From the NCBI GenBank assembly GCA_034926675.1, contig JAYFQW010000024.1:5841-69840 (forward strand): a DNA stretch of 64,000 bases, in the 5' to 3' direction. The notes under the pieces are model-generated. The model saw only the letters and a list, made by a program, of their open reading frames with translations, was not told the origin of the DNA and searched no databases. This DNA comes from Clostridia bacterium. GTDB lineage: Bacteria > Bacillota > DTU025. The position numbers were made by a program, and so were the translations under genes. This document shows, piece after piece, positions 16,157 through 24,616 of this stretch. Numbering within the stretch: position 1 is the first letter of the stretch; each line of letters begins with the position of its first letter.

Positions 16157-18013
16157 TCAGGGGGGAGTTCTCCCGCGGCCTGGCAGAGGCCATGGGGCGC
16201 CCATGATAGTCCGGCATATGTCGCCGAAGATGGGTGCGGCTGCATCGCCTCCCGACTCAGGCCCCTCAACCAGCACGGCCAGTGCGATTCGAGCTGTCTC
16301 GACAGGCGCGAATCCCACGAACCAGGCATTGTACAGGGTCTCTCCATCAGCCCCAATCCTGCCTGTCTGAGCTGTGCCGGTCTTTCCCGCAGCATCTAGC
16401 CCGCCTAAGGCCGCTCTCGCGGTCCCGACGGAAACCACTCCCGCCAGCATGCGGCGAAGGTCCGCGGCCACACTCGAGGGAATTGCCTGCACTGCATCGA
16501 ACCACGAATTGCCGGAGTCCTCGCTCTGCCTGCCTGAACGCGCGGCTTGGCCAGTCCTGCGGCCATCGGGACCACAAGCCTCCAAGACCAGTGTTGGCGT
16601 GCGCATCCAGCCGCCGTTCGCAATCACAGAGATCATCGTGGCCGCCTCAAGTGGAGTCATCTCCACCACTGCCTGTCCTAGGGCCAGATTCGCGAGTTCT
16701 GCGGAAAGGCCGGGCCAATCGTTCGTGCCGCCCACTTTGGGATCAACCGTCGCCGCGGCGCGCACTACGGGCAGGCGTCCCGCAAGTGCGAATGGAAGCC
16801 GCACCGCCGCGGCGGCGGCTGTATCCCCAATGCCCATCGCGCGGGCAGTCTCCACCAGCAGCCTCTCGCCGACTGAGTGCGCAGCATCGATGAACGCGGT
16901 ATTGCAGGACTGAGCCATAGCATCTGTGAACGAGATGTCCCCGTGCCCGCCTCGGTCATATGTGCAACATCTGAACTTGTGCCCCCCGGCCTCGATGGCG
17001 CCGGAATCGTGGTAAATCGATCCGGGCTCGCGCACTCCCGACGCAAGAGCTGAAGCGCCAACCACAACTTTGAAGATCGATCCAGGATAGTAAGGCCTGA
17101 TCGCCCTGTTGATAAGAGGACCGCCCGCGCTTCGCATAGCCGACGCGATGTCATCCTGGCTGTACGCCGGACGCGAGACCATGGCAAGAACCTCTCCGGT
17201 CCACGGGTTCATCGCCACCACAGCGCCGGCCATGTGGGGAGCGTTTCTATCGAAAGCCTCCTCCGCAATGCGCTGTAGCTGAGAGTCGATTGACAGCCTA
17301 ACCCATCCGCCGTTTCCACCTACGGTGACAGCTCTTGCTCCTAACCCCGGCAGAGCCCTCCCGTCAGCATCCCTCATCATCCTAACAACCTCTCGGCCCG
17401 GCCCAGCGAGAGCCCAATCGTAGGAACGTTCGATCCCATCGACGCCGGCCACGATTCCAGCGCCCACTCCCACGCCCATGCCTGTGCCTGTTCCAGCAGC
17501 CGACACGGCACGGGATAGGTATCCAACTACATGCTCGGCTGTGCCCTTGTACCGCCCTGCAACGGAAAGCGGCGCTACACCCGTGAGCCGCTGCGCCAGG
17601 CCCACAAACCGGTTCCAGTCAGCCTCGGGGATGCGCACCACTCGCGGCGAGCCGTCCCGCGCCCTGGGCACTACCCGCTCCAATTCAGCAATCGCCTCGC
17701 CAGGGCCTGACACAAGTGACGGGAACACGGCGCCGAGGCGGACTGTCGGCTGATCGTCCCAGGCCTTTCCTCCGGCTAAAGGCATCATGTTCCTATCGAA
17801 GATCGTTCCCCTCGCCTGCCCGATGGGGGCATCCACTGAACGCTGATCAACTGCACGGGATGCATATGCCGTGCCTCGACCGATCGAAACCCAACCCAGT
17901 CGAAGCAACAACAGTGCAGATGCTGCAAGCATAATCCCACGCACTGCCCGTATCCCCACGCCAGTGCCTCGCAATTGGCCCCACCTCATCCGGTATTCTC
18001 CCCATGGGTGCAA
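16157..18013 (-). CDS. Class B penicillin-binding protein / peptidoglycan D,D-transpeptidase (SpoVD/FtsI family)
   Basis: 618 aa with an N-terminal membrane anchor, a PBP dimerisation region and a transpeptidase domain (SIFK, KTGTA motifs). Sits adjacent to sigK. Confidence 0.85.
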   Translation of the reverse strand: MHPWGEYRMRWGQLRGTGVGIRAVRGIMLAASALLLLRLGWVSIGRGTAYASRAVDQRSVDAPIGQARGTIFDRNMMPLAGGKAWDDQPTVRLGAVFPSLVSGPGEAIAELERVVPRARDGSPRVVRIPEADWNRFVGLAQRLTGVAPLSVAGRYKGTAEHVVGYLSRAVSAAGTGTGMGVGVGAGIVAGVDGIERSYDWALAGPGREVVRMMRDADGRALPGLGARAVTVGGNGGWVRLSIDSQLQRIAEEAFDRNAPHMAGAVVAMNPWTGEVLAMVSRPAYSQDDIASAMRSAGGPLINRAIRPYYPGSIFKVVVGASALASGVREPGSIYHDSGAIEAGGHKFRCCTYDRGGHGDISFTDAMAQSCNTAFIDAAHSVGERLLVETARAMGIGDTAAAAAVRLPFALAGRLPVVRAAATVDPKVGGTNDWPGLSAELANLALGQAVVEMTPLEAATMISVIANGGWMRTPTLVLEACGPDGRRTGQAARSGRQSEDSGNSWFDAVQAIPSSVAADLRRMLAGVVSVGTARAALGGLDAAGKTGTAQTGRIGADGETLYNAWFVGFAPVETARIALAVLVEGPESGGDAAAPIFGDICRTIMGAPWPLPGRGRTPP

Positions 18014-18084
18014 AAAAGGCGCGCTGCCAACTTCACGCAGCGCGCTTCAGTATTGCATCGATCAAAGGCCGTCCGACTCCAGCT

Positions 18085-18702
18085 CTACCCCAATGCCGCC
18101 TTGAGCCGGGCAATGAGCATGTCAATGGCGACCATGTTGAACCCGCCTTCTGGGATGATGATGTCCGCGTATCTCTTGGTAGGCTCCACAAACTGCATGT
18201 GCATGGGGCGAACAACTCCGAGATACTGGTCGACGACCGAATCCAGGGTCCTTCCCCGCTCCTTCACATCGCGCATGAGCCTTCTGATGAACCGCACATC
18301 AGGGTCGGCATCCACGTATACCTTGATGTCCATGAGCTCCCGAAGGCGGGGGTCATCGAGGATCAGTATCCCCTCCAGGACCACTACACCTGCAGGCTCT
18401 ACCCGCACTGTCTGGCCGGTTCGGGTGTACGACTCGAAGGAATACGCCGGCTTGTCGACAGCTTGTCCCTCCATGAGCATTTTGACGTGGGAGATGTACA
18501 AATCCGTATCGAATGCGAACGGGTGATCGTAGTTGGTCCGCAGACGTTCTTCAAAGGTTAGGCAGCTCTGATCGTGGTAGTAGGCATCATGTTCGAGCAC
18601 GGCAACTGCGTTTCCAAATGCCTCCGAAACCGTGCGCACCACAGTTGTCTTCCCAGAGCCCGAACCACCGGTTATGCCTGCTACAAGTACTTCCCCTGCC
18701 AT
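18085..18702 (-). CDS. udk: Uridine kinase
   Basis: 205 aa with P-loop [12 protein letters not shown] and Udk core motifs. Confidence 0.9.
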   Translation of the reverse strand: MAGEVLVAGITGGSGSGKTTVVRTVSEAFGNAVAVLEHDAYYHDQSCLTFEERLRTNYDHPFAFDTDLYISHVKMLMEGQAVDKPAYSFESYTRTGQTVRVEPAGVVVLEGILILDDPRLRELMDIKVYVDADPDVRFIRRLMRDVKERGRTLDSVVDQYLGVVRPMHMQFVEPTKRYADIIIPEGGFNMVAIDMLIARLKAALG

Positions 18703-18729
18703 CTGTGCGTCACCTCAAGCCTCACGTGT

Positions 18730-19788
18730 TCACTGCTTCTTCTTTGCGAGTCGCGCCCCTCGCTCCACCTTGGCCTTGGCCCGCAAGTGCTCCTCATATG
18801 TCCGGCTGAAGATGTGACTCCCGTCGCCCGCAGCCACGAAATACAGGTAATCGCCTGGCTTGGGTGTGAGCACCGCCGTGATCGATGCAAGCCCCGGGTT
18901 TGAGATCGGGCCGGGCGGCAGTCCTTTGTTGATGTAGGTGTTGTAGGGGGAATCGATCTCAAGATCCGTATTGAGCAAGCGTTCCTTCGGAACAGGCAGC
19001 AGATACTGCACCGTGGCGCAGCTCTGTAGGGGCATTCCCCTCTCGAGTCTATTCAGGAAGACCTGCGCGATGATGGACCTTTCTTCCGGCGCCTTCGCTT
19101 CCTTCTCAACCACCGACGCAAGAATCAGGGCGTCTCGATCCGAGAGAGCCGATGGATGAAACGAAGCCTTATCAAAGGCTGCCCCGGCTGTCTTCTGGAA
19201 CTGCGCAAGCATGGCGCGGATAATCCTAAGTGGCGACACTCCATCCGCAAACTCATAGGTATCTGGGAAAAGGTATCCTTCGAGGGATTCGCCGTACGGC
19301 AGGAACGGGTAGGCCTCGCGGATCTCCTTCGGAGGATCGTTCACCAGCGCCATCGCCTCTGCCTCCTGGGCGAGGCCGCTAACAGCGAAAATGTGCGCAA
19401 TCTGTCGTGCGGTGGAACCCTCCGGAATCGTGATCCTGGTCATCACCACTCGTCCGGATGCAACCGCTTCAAGGATGCTTCGCACACTCTGACCCACAGT
19501 GAACTCGTATCGCCCCGCCTTGAGCAACGATTCCTTACCAAGCATACATGCTTCTATTCTGAATCCTTCCCTGTACCTTATCAAGCCATTTTGTTGGAGG
19601 ATGGCAGCGATCTGCGACGCAGTGGCGCCATCGGGTATGGCAACCTGCACGCGCGCACCCACCGCGCCTGATGATGGAGGGCGCTGCAGTTCCACGAAGG
19701 CCGCTGCACCCACGGCAAGTATCGCTATCAAAATGAAGCCAGCCCACCCGCGCTTTCGGCGGGGCGAAGCACCGGTGTTCGCTTTCAA
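18730..19788 (-). CDS. mltG: Endolytic murein transglycosylase MltG (YceG family)
   Basis: 352 aa with an N-terminal TM anchor and a YceG-like domain. Sits in the ruvX-DUF1292-mltG-udk synteny. Confidence 0.85.
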   Translation of the reverse strand: MKANTGASPRRKRGWAGFILIAILAVGAAAFVELQRPPSSGAVGARVQVAIPDGATASQIAAILQQNGLIRYREGFRIEACMLGKESLLKAGRYEFTVGQSVRSILEAVASGRVVMTRITIPEGSTARQIAHIFAVSGLAQEAEAMALVNDPPKEIREAYPFLPYGESLEGYLFPDTYEFADGVSPLRIIRAMLAQFQKTAGAAFDKASFHPSALSDRDALILASVVEKEAKAPEERSIIAQVFLNRLERGMPLQSCATVQYLLPVPKERLLNTDLEIDSPYNTYINKGLPPGPISNPGLASITAVLTPKPGDYLYFVAAGDGSHIFSRTYEEHLRAKAKVERGARLAKKKQ

Positions 19789-19871
19789 CCTGAGACCTCC
19801 CAGTCGCGCTTATCCGTCGGCAAGCCTTAGCGGAATCAGACTGCACCTCGGCCTGAACCGAACCATATCAC

Positions 19872-19900
19872 ATTATATGGCCTGACCTCGGGGTACGCAA
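19872..19900 (-). promoter_or_regulatory. Candidate sigmaA promoter for mltG
   Basis: On the minus strand: TTGCGT (plus 19895-19900), a 17-nt spacer, then TATAAT (plus 19872-19877), about 80 nt upstream of the mltG ATG. Confidence 0.3.
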
Positions 19901-19922
19901 GAAGCCCCCTTGCAGGGGGCCT
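19893..19922 (-). terminator. Intrinsic terminator-like hairpin downstream of the DUF1292 gene
   Basis: On the minus strand: GCCCCC-UGCAA-GGGGGC (6-bp GC stem, plus 19904-19920) followed by UUCUUGC. It lies between the DUF1292 stop (19943) and the mltG promoter. Confidence 0.4.
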
Positions 19923-19942
19923 CCAGGGGTGATCGCACTATT

Positions 19943-20293
19943 CTAGTATTCCTCGTCCTCTTCGTCCTCATCGTCGTCCTCGTCCTCGAGGTCATCGTCT
20001 TCCTCATCCTCATCGAACGCCTCGAGCGCCTCGACAACCCTCTCGTACTCCTCGTCGTCATCAATATCGGTGAGATACTCCTCACCCTTCTCGTCGACTT
20101 CGATCTTCATGATGACGGCCTCGGCCTCGCAGTACTCCTCGTCCTCGTCCGACTCCTCAAGGCATTCCACAGGCACAAGCACGGCGTACTTGCAGTCGTC
20201 GATTTCGACCATGTCCTCAATAGCGAAATCCTCTTCCTTGCCGTCCTCATCCACGAGAGTCACGATGTTCTCCTCGTCTGGCATGCAGATCAC
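19943..20293 (-). CDS. DUF1292 family protein (YrzB-like) with a poly-acidic C-terminal tail
   Basis: 116 aa. The conserved N-terminal two-thirds (IVTLVDEDGKEEDFAIEDMVEIDDCKYAVLVP) is followed by ...DEDEEDDDLEDEDDDEDEEDEEY. It occupies the position of yrzB between ruvX and mltG. Confidence 0.7.
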   Translation of the reverse strand: MICMPDEENIVTLVDEDGKEEDFAIEDMVEIDDCKYAVLVPVECLEESDEDEEYCEAEAVIMKIEVDEKGEEYLTDIDDDEEYERVVEALEAFDEDEEDDDLEDEDDDEDEEDEEY

Positions 20294-20366
20294 TCCAATC
20301 TAGCCCTTTTTGATTCACCAGAGCACGAGTATCATTTCCACAACTCAGGGGCACGAATTCGCCGAG

Positions 20367-20786
20367 TCAGCCGCGCGCTTGGAGGTAGTCCAAATAGTTC
20401 TGGAGGATCAGCGCAGCTGCGGTCTTATCGATCAGCTCGCGGCGGCGTTTCCGCGGTAGATCCGCTTCAAGGAGGGCTCGTGACGCCTGGACCGTGCTCA
20501 AGCGCTCGTCCCAAGCAACGATGGATACATCAGTCGCTTCGCGAAGACGCTCGCAGAAGTCGCGCACCTTCTGGGCCGATGCGCCGTAGGCGCCATTCAT
20601 ATTTCGAGGCATCCCGATAACGATCTCGCCGGCGCCGACCTCTTTCACAAGCTCCGCCACGGATACAGCATCCTTTCCCCAGCCGCGCGAGGGTATCACC
20701 TTGAGAGGAGAGGCGACTAGGCCAAGCTCGTCGGAGAGAGCGACACCTATTCGAACGTCGCCAAAATCAAGCCCAACACGGACCAA
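20367..20786 (-). CDS. ruvX: Holliday-junction-resolvase-like pre-16S rRNA nuclease RuvX/YqgF
   Basis: A TTG start at 20786-20784 is preceded by AGGAGGT at a 6-nt spacing, giving MVRVGLDFGDVRIGVALSD..., typical of YqgF. The track ORF extends further upstream (to 20858), but that part overlaps the preceding gene. Confidence 0.85.
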   Translation of the reverse strand: MVRVGLDFGDVRIGVALSDELGLVASPLKVIPSRGWGKDAVSVAELVKEVGAGEIVIGMPRNMNGAYGASAQKVRDFCERLREATDVSIVAWDERLSTVQASRALLEADLPRKRRRELIDKTAAALILQNYLDYLQARG

Positions 20787-20797
20787 CCCACGACCTC

Positions 20798-21745
20798 CTA
20801 AACCACCTTGATACAGAACTCCGGGCAATGAGCGACACAGTACCCACATAACACGCACTTGCTGGGGTCAACTTCAGCTCGGGATGTTCCCAGATGGAGG
20901 GCTCCCTGGCCGCAGGCAGCAACACATGCGCCACATCTGGCGCACCACTCTTCGATGAGCAGTCGTTTCTCTCCTGCAAGGCCTCTTAGGACATCTGGAG
21001 ACACCTCACGGCCCTCCATGATAGCGATGTCGGCAGAGAGCTCTGCCTCGGTTTTGACACCAATTGCCACGGAGTGTATGCAATCATGGCCCAAGACCCA
21101 TCTGATCGCGCCCTGAGCCTCCCGGAACAGGTGGCCTCCGCCGAGCGCCTTCATGCTGTACACTCCGACCCCGGCTGCACTCGCCTGGAGTATGGCCGCC
21201 TCCATTTCACCGACGGTACCGTCTATTATACCAATACCACGCATGTTGAAAATGGGATGCACTACATCGATTTCGGGCAACTCGACAACGGCCCTCACTA
21301 CTTCCACCGCATGGGTGGACACCGCCACTGCCCGGATCAGACCCTCTCTCTTGGCATCCACCAGGCCCCGTATGGCCTCAGAATGCCCTTTCAAGGTAAG
21401 CCTGGTCTCCTGCTCGTGAAGACCAAAGAGATCGATATAGTCCAAACCCGTTTCTAAAAGCGCTCGCTCAATGGAGAGCCTCATGTCACGGTAGGTGTAG
21501 GCGTAACACCTCGACGAAACAACTATAGACTCCCGCCGTCGTCCGCGCAAGGCCCTGCCAACCTGTTCATAGGTTCGGTAGAGTTCTGCGGTGTCAATGA
21601 AGCTCACGCCTCGATCCAGAGCCGCACTGAGGAGGCGCGCTCCGGCCTCTACGCCGATGTTCGCCTGAAGCGGTCCCATCGTGAGCGACCCTAAGCACAT
21701 CCGGGAAACCTCGATTCCCGTCTTGCCCAACACCCTGCGTTCCAA
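20798..21745 (-). CDS. Aldo/keto reductase fused to a C-terminal 2x[4Fe-4S] ferredoxin domain
   Basis: 315 aa with an AKR TIM-barrel N-terminus (MERRVLGKTGIEVSRMCLG...) and a C-terminus CARCGACVAAC...CVLCGYCVAHCP (two CxxCxxCxxxCP motifs). Confidence 0.75.
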   Translation of the reverse strand: MERRVLGKTGIEVSRMCLGSLTMGPLQANIGVEAGARLLSAALDRGVSFIDTAELYRTYEQVGRALRGRRRESIVVSSRCYAYTYRDMRLSIERALLETGLDYIDLFGLHEQETRLTLKGHSEAIRGLVDAKREGLIRAVAVSTHAVEVVRAVVELPEIDVVHPIFNMRGIGIIDGTVGEMEAAILQASAAGVGVYSMKALGGGHLFREAQGAIRWVLGHDCIHSVAIGVKTEAELSADIAIMEGREVSPDVLRGLAGEKRLLIEEWCARCGACVAACGQGALHLGTSRAEVDPSKCVLCGYCVAHCPEFCIKVV

Positions 21746-21751
21746 CTAATA

Positions 21752-24208
21752 TCACCACCGCGCCGCACGCTCGTCCACTGCGAATCCAAGCACCGTGAGT
21801 GTGGGCATCATCGAGAGTGTAGCACATGCCACCACACCTGAATCATTGAAGGCCATGGCCGCGCCTGCGCCCGCTAGCCCTGCAAGGAATGCGGCATAAA
21901 GTGGAAACCTCTCATTCCTGAGCCTGAGAAGCGGTCCTGAGGGCCTTACCGCAAGGGCCCCGAGGGCGAGCAGGAAGGCAATGAGAACCCTGGTCCAAGC
22001 CGTGCAGCTCAGCAGTCTCAGGTTCATCTGAAGCTTGCGAACGACCATGATCGCCGCCTGCGCTGGCCCACCTGACTCAATCTCCTGCCATGCTCGCCCT
22101 ATATGGCTGGGCTCTCCTGCGCCAGCGTCCATCAACACCATGGCGGCGCCTAGCGCAAGTGCTCCCACAATCGCAGCTGCTATCACCATGGCGCGCCTTC
22201 GGGCACGGGATACACATGGAAGCTCGGCGCATGCCTCATGGCAACGGTCAGGGCGTGCGGCGCCAACTCCTCCCGGACGCCCGGGCGTGATCGCAAGCAT
22301 CGCAATCGCCGCAGCGAACGCCGACAGCATCCCGCCGAAATTCGCACCCAGACACGGATGCCCCAGGAACACACCTGTCACCGCCGCCAGAATCGCAACT
22401 GCCAGGTTCGCCCCTCCTGAACGCGCCCGGCTCGTGGCGTCGATGCCATTCTCGCCGCGGTTCCCGCGCCGGTTCTCGATGCAGCGCAGACTGCGTTCGA
22501 CAGCGTCCACGATCCCAGCGCTCGATACCACCACAGACCCTACTAGCACCCCCATGAGCTCATTCCCCACACCGTAGTATCTGGCCCCGATCACGGCAGA
22601 ATGCCCTATCAGTGAGGATGCGCATGCGGTTCCGCCGGTCACCGCGTCGGCAGCTATTGCGATGCTTGTTGCGCCCGCGACTGCCAGGACGGCATTCGCG
22701 GCAGATCTGAACGCCGCGAGCGCAGCAGCTGCGATTACTGATGCCAGGACTGCGGCCAGCACGCCAGTCTGCACTGTGCCGACCGTTCCCAGGGCTGAAC
22801 AGGCCAGGAGCGCGAGAGGTCCCGCTGCCACAGCTGGCAGCAATGACGTAGCCACGCCCACCAGAACCCGTGAGGGCGAGAAGTCGAACACAATCGCCAG
22901 GGCCGCAGCGAACACGGTCGCTACTATAAGCCCGATGAAAACTCTCAGAACCGGGCCTCGGGCGTGCGCTGCTGATGTAGCCGAAGCTCCGATGGCCGCC
23001 GCTCGTCTGAGACCATTCGAAGCAGGAATGCACTCCATTGGGGCGCCATCGCAAGGCCAAGCTGCTTCGATCCCTAGTCCGGCAAGGATAGTCGGGACCA
23101 GATCCAGATTGGTCACGATCCCGGTCCGTCTTGTCGTAGCGGCCGTGAGTAGGCCAGATGTAAACCCCCAGCCGGAAATCGCCACAGGCGCTAGAGAGGA
23201 CAACCTCACGCTGCCCGCTGTGGGGGAAGGAGAGCCAGCCCAGGCAGATGCGGGCGCCTCAGGAGATAGGATTATGTAGGCCCTGCTTTCAGAGGGCGGT
23301 CCTACCAGGGAGAACAGGCGCCCGAGCAGCTCATCCAGTCGCCTGTAACACCCTCGCGCCTGTTCCACGCGTCCCGCTGCTGATAGGCTCCTGCTTTCCC
23401 GCGCGGCACGCGCGAAATCCCCGAAATCCACAACTGCCACGCTCGCCCCGTCAGGCCCGGCCATGGCAGCGGCCACTGCCCGAGCGATTCTCTCCACACC
23501 GCACGCCATGCCGTAGGACGCTCTGGGATCACGAACGATGGTGTCTGCGCCCACATCCCCTCTGGAAACAATGCCCCGCTCGTCCATGGCCAGCAGCGCT
23601 CCGGGCCGAGAATGCAAATGCACATCATCGGAGTTCCCAATCAAGTACACTCCAAGCCCGGCAGTGGAGATGGACTCTCCGAGAAGCCCCGGTCTGCCCC
23701 TGTACTGTGACCCCGCATTGTCACGAACAAGCTCTGCAATCCCCATCACCATCACGGAGCCTGCCGCAGGAACGTCACGGGCGCCCAGTCCAAGCATCCT
23801 TGCATACATACCAGCAGCACTTTCACCATGAAAGGCTTCGTCTGCGCCGAACCCAGCGCCGGCGGATGCAGCAGCCACCATTCTCCGCCCGGCGCCTAGA
23901 GCAGCACAGGCCGCGAGTTCCCCTATGATGGCAGAGTCCCCGCCACTCCCGCTGCTGCTGCCTGCGCCTGGTCCTGGGTCTTCACCGGAAGCGGCCGTTC
24001 TCGCGTTGGCCACGCCGATGGCGGAGGAATTGAGCAAAGACCGAAGAAAACTGCCCCCGTACTCGAGTGCGTCCTCCCAGGAGAGGCCGTTTGCCAGCAG
24101 CACAACCGCACAAGGCGCCGGACCGGCCGGCGGAAGCGAAGCACCCGACGCGGCCAATGTCGACGATGCCGCGGACACCAAAGCAGCTGATGTCGCGGAT
24201 GTCGACAC
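21752..24208 (-). CDS. Large hypothetical membrane protein: N-terminal alkaline-phosphatase-superfamily-like domain followed by a polytopic Ala/Gly-rich membrane domain
   Basis: 818 aa. The N-terminal half carries VVLLANGLS...GIVTNLDLVPTILAGLG, which resembles AlkP/sulfatase-core motifs. The C-terminal 400 aa contain at least 10 hydrophobic helices. No confident family assignment, and the start is uncertain. Confidence 0.5.
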   Translation of the reverse strand: MSTSATSAALVSAASSTLAASGASLPPAGPAPCAVVLLANGLSWEDALEYGGSFLRSLLNSSAIGVANARTAASGEDPGPGAGSSSGSGGDSAIIGELAACAALGAGRRMVAAASAGAGFGADEAFHGESAAGMYARMLGLGARDVPAAGSVMVMGIAELVRDNAGSQYRGRPGLLGESISTAGLGVYLIGNSDDVHLHSRPGALLAMDERGIVSRGDVGADTIVRDPRASYGMACGVERIARAVAAAMAGPDGASVAVVDFGDFARAARESRSLSAAGRVEQARGCYRRLDELLGRLFSLVGPPSESRAYIILSPEAPASAWAGSPSPTAGSVRLSSLAPVAISGWGFTSGLLTAATTRRTGIVTNLDLVPTILAGLGIEAAWPCDGAPMECIPASNGLRRAAAIGASATSAAHARGPVLRVFIGLIVATVFAAALAIVFDFSPSRVLVGVATSLLPAVAAGPLALLACSALGTVGTVQTGVLAAVLASVIAAAALAAFRSAANAVLAVAGATSIAIAADAVTGGTACASSLIGHSAVIGARYYGVGNELMGVLVGSVVVSSAGIVDAVERSLRCIENRRGNRGENGIDATSRARSGGANLAVAILAAVTGVFLGHPCLGANFGGMLSAFAAAIAMLAITPGRPGGVGAARPDRCHEACAELPCVSRARRRAMVIAAAIVGALALGAAMVLMDAGAGEPSHIGRAWQEIESGGPAQAAIMVVRKLQMNLRLLSCTAWTRVLIAFLLALGALAVRPSGPLLRLRNERFPLYAAFLAGLAGAGAAMAFNDSGVVACATLSMMPTLTVLGFAVDERAARW

Positions 24209-24326
24209 AGCCGATGCTGCCGCAAGCCCAGGCAGTATGCCCAGGGCAGTGAGAAGCGCCGCTGCAAGGATAACCGCCGCCCCATACCGTGCGGCGGTTG
24301 TCCTGCACCAAGCGGCGCGCTTCCAT

Positions 24327-24602
24327 CTATTTGAGCATGTAACTCTTGACCAGTTCCTCGATGATCTCGTCGCGCTCCACTTTCCTTATGAGGTTCCGGG
24401 CGTTCTTGTGGCTAGTGATGTATGTTGGATCACCAGACAGCAGGTAACCCACCAGCTGATTCACGGGATTGTAGCCCTTCTCAGCCAGAGCCGAGGCGAC
24501 TTCAGTGAGAATCCGCCTCACAGGAGTGACATCCTCATCCGCGCCTAGGACTGGATACTTCACTGTCTCGTCCCACTGGTTGGACATAGGCAACACCACC
24601 AT
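24327..24602 (-). CDS. ireB: IreB/YrzL family regulatory phosphoprotein (UPF0297)
   Basis: [47 protein letters not shown] is near-identical in pattern to B. subtilis YrzL. It lies directly downstream of alaS. The true start may be the second ATG (MSNQWDE...) at 24587. Confidence 0.75.
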   Translation of the reverse strand: MVVLPMSNQWDETVKYPVLGADEDVTPVRRILTEVASALAEKGYNPVNQLVGYLLSGDPTYITSHKNARNLIRKVERDEIIEELVKSYMLK

Positions 24603-24616
24603 ACTCGTTCTTATTG

